Source of the DNA: an uncultured Bacilli bacterium
GTDB taxonomy: Bacteria; Bacillota_I; Bacilli_A; RF39; UBA660
Assembly: GCA_947588685.1 (NCBI GenBank)
Contig: CANPYM010000002.1
Coordinates: forward strand, 25,964-89,963
DNA length: 64,000 bases
Direction: 5' to 3'
This document shows positions 57,387-64,000 of the stretch, in pieces (the stretch's first letter is position 1; the number at the start of each line of letters is the position of its first letter). The position numbers and the translations under genes are program-made. The notes beneath the pieces were generated by a model that saw only the letters and a list, made by a program, of their open reading frames with translations, had not been told where the DNA came from and searched no databases.

Positions 57387-58368
57387 ATGTATAGGTTGTG
57401 GAGCGCCTCTTCAAATTGAAAGCCCCGATATGGTTGGATATACTAAGTCCCTTGATAACTTATTATGTGAACGTTGTTTTCGCATTAAAAATTATAGTGA
57501 CTACAAAATTGTTATTAAAACAAACAACGATTTTTTACCTATTTTAAATAAGATTGCTGTCACATCATCATTAGTTGTCTTGGTTGTGGACTTATTCCAT
57601 ATCCCTCGGACGCTTGAGGCTTTAAAACAATATTTACCAAATGATGTTCTTTTAGTTCTAACAAAACGCGATCTTCTTCCACGTTTTGCTTATGATGTTA
57701 AATTAAAAGAATACTTTAAAAGATATTCATTAAATGTTGTTGATACCATTATTATTAGCAGTATGAAGAATTATCATTTTGATACGCTGATAGCTAAAAT
57801 TAGAGAATATCAAAAAGATAAAAACGTGTATGTTGTAGGCTTTACTAATGCTGGTAAATCAACGATGATCAATCGTCTTATATACAATTATGGTAGTACT
57901 AGTCCTAATATTACAACTTCGTTTTTGCCAACGACGACCATTGACACGATTGAAATTGCTTTAGATGATGATTTAACACTAATTGACACACCTGGCTTAT
58001 TAGAAGAGGGTAACATTATTAATTATATTGATCCTGATATTATGAAACAGATTACACCACAAAAAGAGATAAAGCCAATTACTTATCAAATCAAAGAAAA
58101 GCAGACCATTGTGGTTGATGATTTTGTTAGAGTTGATTGTTATGAAGAAAATAGTCTTACATTTTATATGGCTAATGCATTAGAATTTAGACGTATTTTT
58201 AAAGAGACTGATGCTTTAACTAATTTAGAAAAACATCATTTAAAAGTATCAAATAATAATGATATTGTTATTTCAGGTTTAGGGTTTATTAAGGTTGTAA
58301 ATGAAGGAGTATTTGATATATACACCATCAAAGGTGTTGATGTATATACGCGTGATGCTTTGATTTAA
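57379..58368 (+). CDS. yqeH: ribosome biogenesis GTPase YqeH
   Basis: N-terminal CIGCG...CERC zinc finger, circularly permuted GTPase (TKRD...GFTNAGKST). Confidence 0.85.
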   Translation: MSKCIGCGAPLQIESPDMVGYTKSLDNLLCERCFRIKNYSDYKIVIKTNNDFLPILNKIAVTSSLVVLVVDLFHIPRTLEALKQYLPNDVLLVLTKRDLLPRFAYDVKLKEYFKRYSLNVVDTIIISSMKNYHFDTLIAKIREYQKDKNVYVVGFTNAGKSTMINRLIYNYGSTSPNITTSFLPTTTIDTIEIALDDDLTLIDTPGLLEEGNIINYIDPDIMKQITPQKEIKPITYQIKEKQTIVVDDFVRVDCYEENSLTFYMANALEFRRIFKETDALTNLEKHHLKVSNNNDIVISGLGFIKVVNEGVFDIYTIKGVDVYTRDALI

Positions 58369-58384
58369 GTATAAGGAGGAAAAT

Positions 58385-59551
58385 ATGAATAACGAGGAAT
58401 ATGAAAAAGAGAAAGAAAAAATGCGCCGCGAAATTTTAGATGAGATGGAAAAGGATCAAATGCGCAAAGAGATTCTTGATGAATTAAACACTAAAGGCAG
58501 AGAAAATCCTAATAGTGGTAGTGAGACTATTCAATCCTTTGGTCAAGCAAAGAAAAAGTCAACAGTAAGTTTTAGTAAAGAAGCAAAGAGTGAGGAATCA
58601 GAAGAAAAAATTGATGATGATAACGTTCCAGCTTTAGAGGCTATCAGTATAACGCCAAAGCAATCTATGTCAAAAGTTAGCAAAGTTATGATTGGTGTAT
58701 CTTTGGTGTTGGTTATTGTGGCCATTGCTTGTTTCCCTCTTATTTATGATAAAGCTAATGATTTCTTTGCTAAATTAGGAAATAGTGATTATATTCCTAT
58801 ACCAGATGAACCAGAAAAACAATATGACAAAATAACAATGGATAGTGAAGTTGTTAAAAATTTAAAATATCCAGTTATGCATAACGATCCAGCAACCAAG
58901 GATACATATTTTAGTAAAGATAAAATATCAACTAGTGATTTTACGAATAATGATTTACTATATAGATCTTTACTAGATGTTTTAGAAGGAAATATGGCAC
59001 CATATAGTGGTAAATATAGTGGTAAATATTGTGGATCTGGAGCGACCAAAGTTTCTTTAGATGGCGATTATCTTGAACTTCGTTTAACGGGACTTTTTAG
59101 CCGTAATGTTAATTATACTTTAACTGATTTTACTGTTCCAATGAATAGGTTAGATACAAAATATGTTGGCAATTGGAAATATGATGCTAAAAATAACCGC
59201 TTTATCTATTATGGTTGTGGAACAAAAACAAAAACAAATTTAAATTACTATGATATTAGTGTTCCTTATGAAGTATCAACTTCTGAAAAGAATGTTAATC
59301 TTTATGTTGATAGTTATGTAGCTTTTGCTCTTGTTAATACTAAAAGCAAAGAATATATTTTATATAAAGATGCTGCCTATACGGAAGAATTATCACGTGG
59401 TACTTTAAAGACTAATGATGCTTCAGAAGAATTAAAGACAGTGGTTAAAGATATGGATAAAGCTAGCATTAATAAATATAAGTATACATATACAATTGAG
59501 GGTTGCCCATATTTAGATTATTGCTTTGCCAGTGGAGAGTGGGTTAAATAA
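58385..59551 (+). CDS. hypothetical single-pass membrane protein with extracellular domain
   Basis: Acidic coiled N-terminus, TM (VMIGVSLVLVIVAIACF), Cys-containing ectodomain. Confidence 0.45.
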   Translation: MNNEEYEKEKEKMRREILDEMEKDQMRKEILDELNTKGRENPNSGSETIQSFGQAKKKSTVSFSKEAKSEESEEKIDDDNVPALEAISITPKQSMSKVSKVMIGVSLVLVIVAIACFPLIYDKANDFFAKLGNSDYIPIPDEPEKQYDKITMDSEVVKNLKYPVMHNDPATKDTYFSKDKISTSDFTNNDLLYRSLLDVLEGNMAPYSGKYSGKYCGSGATKVSLDGDYLELRLTGLFSRNVNYTLTDFTVPMNRLDTKYVGNWKYDAKNNRFIYYGCGTKTKTNLNYYDISVPYEVSTSEKNVNLYVDSYVAFALVNTKSKEYILYKDAAYTEELSRGTLKTNDASEELKTVVKDMDKASINKYKYTYTIEGCPYLDYCFASGEWVK

Positions 59552-59997
59552 TGATTAACAACAATCTTACTAGCGGTAATGCTTTCCAACAGCGGCAACA
59601 ATATATTAGAGCTAACAATGAACTTCGTCATGGAACAGATGCTAGTGTTTATGTTGAAGGCAATAAGCAGAAAGTTGAACTAGATAGAAAACTAGAAGAA
59701 ATATCTATTAATACCGATTCGGCTATCAGTGGTCGGGTTGTTCGCCAAAACATTTTAAATGCTTCGGCATCTGGGGAAGCAGCAGCAACACCAGTTGTCG
59801 TTGATACTTCTGTAGGCGAAGAAGCTAAAGCTCGTAATGAACGAATGAAAGAAGCGGAAGACAATCCTATTATAAAATCGGCACCAAGTTATGAGAAACA
59901 AACTGGTAGAGTTGTAAATCCTGGTAGCCAAGTGGCTAAATCATTTCAAGGAATGGGACCTGCGGGTCCAAATCCTTTTAGGCATAATAATTTTTAA
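59551..59997 (+). CDS. hypothetical protein, translationally coupled to upstream gene (ATGA overlap)
   Basis: 148-aa ORF. Confidence 0.4.
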   Translation: MINNNLTSGNAFQQRQQYIRANNELRHGTDASVYVEGNKQKVELDRKLEEISINTDSAISGRVVRQNILNASASGEAAATPVVVDTSVGEEAKARNERMKEAEDNPIIKSAPSYEKQTGRVVNPGSQVAKSFQGMGPAGPNPFRHNNF

Positions 59998-60054
59998 AAC
60001 ATTTGATGTATATCAAATGTTTTATGTTATAATATAACCGTTTGAGGTGGTACT

Positions 60055-62871
60055 ATGGATAAAATTATCATCAAGGGAGCAAGAGAAAATAATCTTAAGA
60101 ATATTAACTTAGAACTTCCTAAAAATAAATTAATTGTTATGACTGGTGTCAGTGGTAGTGGTAAGAGTAGCCTTGCTTTTGATACGATTTATGCTGAAGG
60201 CCAAAGACGTTATGTCGAATCCCTTAGCGCCTATGCTAGGCAGTTTTTAGGTGGTACGGAAAAACCGGATGTCGATTCGATTGAAGGCCTTAGTCCCGCG
60301 ATTAGTATTGATCAGAAGACAACGAATAAAAATCCTCGTAGTACAGTGGCTACAGTTACAGAGATATATGATTATCTCCGTCTTTTGTATGCTCGAATTG
60401 GTGTTCCATATTGTCCTATTCATCATAAACCGATAACGAGTCAGTCGATTGAAGAGATGACTAATCAAATTTTAAAATTAGATATTGGAACGAAGATTAG
60501 AGTTTTAAGTCCCGTTATTTATGGTGAGAAGGGGACTCAAAAAGACTTGTTAGATGATTTACGAAAAGATGGTTATGTCAGAGTTATCGTCGATGGTGTC
60601 GATTATGATTTATCGGAAGAAATAACTTTAGAAAAAAACAAGAAACATAATATCAGTATTGTTGTAGACCGGTTAGTTATTAAAGAAGATATTCGTAGTC
60701 GCTTGTATGAAGCAATTGAAATAGCGGCTAAAGAAGCGCATGGTAAAGTTGTCATTGATGTTGTTGGTGGCGAAGAAATTATCATGAGTGAAAAATATGC
60801 ATGTCCAGAATGTGATTTTTCATTACCAGAATTAGAGCCACGGATGTTTTCCTTTAATGCCCCATATGGTGCTTGCCACGATTGTAATGGTCTTGGTGTT
60901 AAATTAAAACTTGATGTTGATCTTTTAATACCTGATAAAAGTAAAAGTATTATGGGTGGTGGTATTCTAGCTTTTAGTCTTGATGCCTCTATTAACCGGA
61001 CGCAAATTGAAACGGTTGCTAAAAAGTATAATATTGATTTAACAAAACCTATTTCAAAACTAACTAAAGATGAATTAGATATCATTTTATATGGCAGTAA
61101 AGAACCTTTAGAGTTTAATTATGTCGCTAATAATGGTAACACGAGAAGAACAGTTGATTACTTTGAAGGTATTGTCAATAATTTAGAAAGACGCTATATT
61201 GAGACGAAAAGTGGCTGGATTAGAGATTGGATTGAACAATTTATGACTGAGCTTGATTGTCCAACATGTCACGGGGCTCGTCTTGATGCCTCTGTTTTAG
61301 CCGTTAAAGTCGGCGGTAAAGATATTTATGAACTTACTAAACTAAGTATCAGTAAGATGTTAGATTTCTTTACCAATTTAAAACTTAGTAAAGAAAAGCA
61401 AGAAATATCAAAAATGATTATTAAAGAGATTAGTGATCGCTTACGTTTCTTAAATAATGTTGGTCTTGGCTATTTAACTTTAAACCGGAGTGCCGGAACT
61501 TTATCTGGTGGGGAAGCGCAAAGGATTCGTCTTGCTACCCAAATTGGCTCCCACTTAACAGGTGTTTTATATGTTTTAGATGAACCTAGTATTGGTTTAC
61601 ATCAACGTGATAATAACCGGTTGATTAAATCAATGATGGAAATGCGTGATCTAGGTAATACTTTAATTGTCGTTGAACACGATACTGATACGATGTTAGC
61701 CGCTGATTATCTAGTTGATATTGGGCCTAAAGCAGGGGAACATGGTGGAGAGGTTATGGCGGCCGGCACCCCAGAGGAAGTTATGAAAAACCCTAATAGT
61801 TTAACGGGAAAGTATTTGACTGGTGAACTTAAAATTGATGTTCCGAAGCATCGTCGTAAAGGCAATAAAAAGTTTATTGAAATCATTGGTGCTAAAGAAA
61901 ATAACCTCAAAAATATCAATGTTAAAATTCCCCTTGGAACATTTACTTGTGTAACCGGTGTTAGTGGTAGTGGTAAAAGTACCCTTGTTAATCAAATATT
62001 GTATCGTAGTATTGCTAATACCTTATACAAAAATAAGGAAAAAGTTGGCGCTCATAAAAAGATTAAAGGGCTTAACAATATTGATAAAGTTATCGATATT
62101 TCGCAAGCACCTATCGGAAGGACACCAAGAAGTAATCCAGCAACGTATACTGGTGTGTTTGATGATATAAGAGAAGTTTTTGCTGAGACAAAAGAAGCGA
62201 AAATGCGGGGCTATGATAAAAGTCGGTTCTCTTTTAATGTCAAAGGTGGCCGCTGTGAAGCTTGTTGGGGTGATGGTGTTAAAAAGATTGAGATGCACTT
62301 TCTTCCTGATGTATATGTTCCTTGTGAAGTATGTGGGGGAACAAGATATAATAGTGAAACTTTACAAATAAAATATAAAGGTAAAAATATTACCGATGTT
62401 TTAGATATGCGCGTTGAAGAAGCTCTAGAGTTTTTTGCTAATCATAAAAAGATTAGGGAAAAATTGCAAATGCTTATGGATGTTGGTTTATCTTATGTTA
62501 AACTTGGTCAAAGTGCTCCAACTTTATCTGGTGGGGAAGCTGGCCGGGTTAAACTAGCCAAAGAATTACAAAAAAAGCCAACTGGCAAAAGTTTGTTTAT
62601 CTTAGATGAACCAACGACCGGACTACATGTCGATGATATTAAAAAACTTTTAACTATCCTAAATCGTATTGTCGATAATGGCGATACTGTCCTTGTTATT
62701 GAACACAATCTAGATGTTATTAAGATGGCGGATTATATTATCGATTTAGGACCAGAAGGTGGCGATGAAGGTGGATATGTTGTCGCAAGCGCTACCCCTG
62801 AAGAATTAGTTAAAGTAAAAGAAAGTTATACTGGCCAATTCTTAAAGCCAATGTTGGAGGATAAAAAATGA
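60055..62871 (+). CDS. uvrA: excinuclease ABC subunit A
   Basis: Two ABC ATPase modules (GVSGSGKSSL / GVSGSGKSTL), zinc fingers. Confidence 0.97.
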   Translation: MDKIIIKGARENNLKNINLELPKNKLIVMTGVSGSGKSSLAFDTIYAEGQRRYVESLSAYARQFLGGTEKPDVDSIEGLSPAISIDQKTTNKNPRSTVATVTEIYDYLRLLYARIGVPYCPIHHKPITSQSIEEMTNQILKLDIGTKIRVLSPVIYGEKGTQKDLLDDLRKDGYVRVIVDGVDYDLSEEITLEKNKKHNISIVVDRLVIKEDIRSRLYEAIEIAAKEAHGKVVIDVVGGEEIIMSEKYACPECDFSLPELEPRMFSFNAPYGACHDCNGLGVKLKLDVDLLIPDKSKSIMGGGILAFSLDASINRTQIETVAKKYNIDLTKPISKLTKDELDIILYGSKEPLEFNYVANNGNTRRTVDYFEGIVNNLERRYIETKSGWIRDWIEQFMTELDCPTCHGARLDASVLAVKVGGKDIYELTKLSISKMLDFFTNLKLSKEKQEISKMIIKEISDRLRFLNNVGLGYLTLNRSAGTLSGGEAQRIRLATQIGSHLTGVLYVLDEPSIGLHQRDNNRLIKSMMEMRDLGNTLIVVEHDTDTMLAADYLVDIGPKAGEHGGEVMAAGTPEEVMKNPNSLTGKYLTGELKIDVPKHRRKGNKKFIEIIGAKENNLKNINVKIPLGTFTCVTGVSGSGKSTLVNQILYRSIANTLYKNKEKVGAHKKIKGLNNIDKVIDISQAPIGRTPRSNPATYTGVFDDIREVFAETKEAKMRGYDKSRFSFNVKGGRCEACWGDGVKKIEMHFLPDVYVPCEVCGGTRYNSETLQIKYKGKNITDVLDMRVEEALEFFANHKKIREKLQMLMDVGLSYVKLGQSAPTLSGGEAGRVKLAKELQKKPTGKSLFILDEPTTGLHVDDIKKLLTILNRIVDNGDTVLVIEHNLDVIKMADYIIDLGPEGGDEGGYVVASATPEELVKVKESYTGQFLKPMLEDKK

Positions 62872-63365
62872 GTTTTGAATATGAATGGACCCGAAAGGAT
62901 TTAAAAAAAGAATTAATAAGTAAAAGATATAATACGAACATCTTCTTTCTTATTTTAGGTATCTTATTGTATGTTTGGTATTTATATGATGGTATTAAAT
63001 CCGAAGCCTTTGATAACTTTGTCATATTAATTGGTGGAGTAATCTATACTGCCGTCCTTATGCTTATTTTATTTCTTCTTACGAGATTATATGTTTATAT
63101 CAGCTTAAGAAAAAATGATAAAAGAACATCTAAAGCGTATGGAACTTATCATGTTAACTTAACCGATGAAGATATAACAGTTACGATAAATGATGAAAAA
63201 GTGTCATATAAATATAAAGATATAATAAAATTAAAAAAGAGAAAACATTATTTCTTTATCAGAACCAATGAAGATAAAATTGGTTTAACTTTTAAAGAGA
63301 AAGTTATGGGTAAAGAAAACTATGCGAAAATTATCAACTTTATTACGGAAAAAGTAAGTTGTTAA
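62868..63365 (+). CDS. hypothetical membrane protein
   Basis: Two TM segments; overlaps the uvrA stop. Confidence 0.45.
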   Translation: MSFEYEWTRKDLKKELISKRYNTNIFFLILGILLYVWYLYDGIKSEAFDNFVILIGGVIYTAVLMLILFLLTRLYVYISLRKNDKRTSKAYGTYHVNLTDEDITVTINDEKVSYKYKDIIKLKKRKHYFFIRTNEDKIGLTFKEKVMGKENYAKIINFITEKVSC

Positions 63366-63407
63366 AATAGTGTAGTTATGTTATAATTTGGAATAGTAGG
63401 TGATGAT

Positions 63408-64000
63408 ATGTTACAGTTAAAAAATATTAATAAAATATATGTAACAGGCGATTTTAAGCAGCAAGCTTTAAAAGACATCAATTTAAAATTTCGGGAAAGT
63501 GAGTTTGTCGCTATTTTAGGCCAAAGTGGTAGTGGTAAAACGACCATGTTAAATATCATTGGTGGCCTAGATCAGTATACATCAGGAGACTTAATTATCA
63601 ATGGTAAATCGACGAAAAAGTATAAAGATCGTGATTGGGATACTTATCGTAATCATAGTGTCGGTTTCGTTTTTCAAAACTACAATTTAATTCCTCACCA
63701 GACAGCTTTATCGAATGTTGAATTAGCCTTAACTTTATCTGGTGTCCCTAAAGATGAAGCTCGTGCTCGTTCAATTAAAGTATTAGAAAAAGTTGGCTTA
63801 AAGGAACATATGTATAAAAAGCCTAGCCAAATGTCTGGTGGACAAATGCAAAGAATTGCAATTGCGAGAGCGCTAGTTAATGACCCAGACATTTTGCTTG
63901 CTGATGAACCAACCGGTGCTTTAGATTCTGATACAAGTCTTCAAATAATGGATTTATTAAAAGAAATAGCTGAAGATAAATTAGTTATTATGGTTACCCA
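63408..64000 (+). CDS. ABC transporter ATP-binding protein (MacB/FtsE-like), 3'-partial
   Basis: GQSGSGKTT Walker A, LSGGQMQR signature; runs off the window end. Confidence 0.85.
   Translation, partial: MLQLKNINKIYVTGDFKQQALKDINLKFRESEFVAILGQSGSGKTTMLNIIGGLDQYTSGDLIINGKSTKKYKDRDWDTYRNHSVGFVFQNYNLIPHQTALSNVELALTLSGVPKDEARARSIKVLEKVGLKEHMYKKPSQMSGGQMQRIAIARALVNDPDILLADEPTGALDSDTSLQIMDLLKEIAEDKLVIMVT

Noticed and set aside
60247-62708. Multiple short ORFs on both strands within uvrA
   Set aside because: UvrA reading frame is unambiguous and continuous; these are frame shadows.

Overview
Low-GC (~30%) Firmicutes-type chromosomal window, densely coding and mostly + strand. The content is largely housekeeping, with several unusual architectures embedded. 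No rRNA, tRNA or CRISPR array was found.

Identified genes, in order:
- 3' end of an M50 site-2 protease.
- Four tandem paralogous genes of unknown family; the third has a structured leader.
- rplU–prp–rpmA with an L21-leader-like 5' region.
- A tyrosine integrase (- strand).
- A 1726-aa secreted protein carrying a dockerin, an M60-like zinc peptidase motif, FN3 domains and a discoidin-like C-terminus, followed by a cohesin-like, Ser-rich membrane-anchored protein.
- mutM.
- nrdD with an NrdR-like operator region, and nrdG. The glycyl-radical segment of NrdD sits in a separate 59-aa ORF.
- tspO, fmt, two tandem MurE-type ligases, mraY, pyk and a cytosolic GH31 glycosidase.
- A Leu T-box leader, a small membrane ORF and leuS. 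LeuS carries a complete Nudix domain inserted after the editing domain.
- A - strand operon: phosphodiester-glycosidase-like protein with a Lys-rich repeat tail, plus a membrane protein.
- The CotH–VTC–DUF4956 triad.
- A thioester-domain adhesin with a VPDTG sorting signal and its sortase.
- rnj (- strand), ftsY, ylxM, a HerA-like ATPase with small membrane proteins inserted ahead of ffh, and a GDPD-like gene.
- A P-type ATPase, a PP2C phosphatase, a CotD-like His/Cys-rich protein, VanY and DacA carboxypeptidases.
- A leader sORF plus hairpin upstream of an ABC exporter, yqeG–yqeH, uvrA, and a partial ABC ATPase.

The most novel-looking items are the Nudix-in-LeuS insertion, the split NrdD with a stand-alone glycyl-radical ORF, the dockerin/cohesin-anchored M60-like peptidase beside an integrase, the divergent second MurE, and the HerA-like ATPase module in the ftsY–ffh locus.
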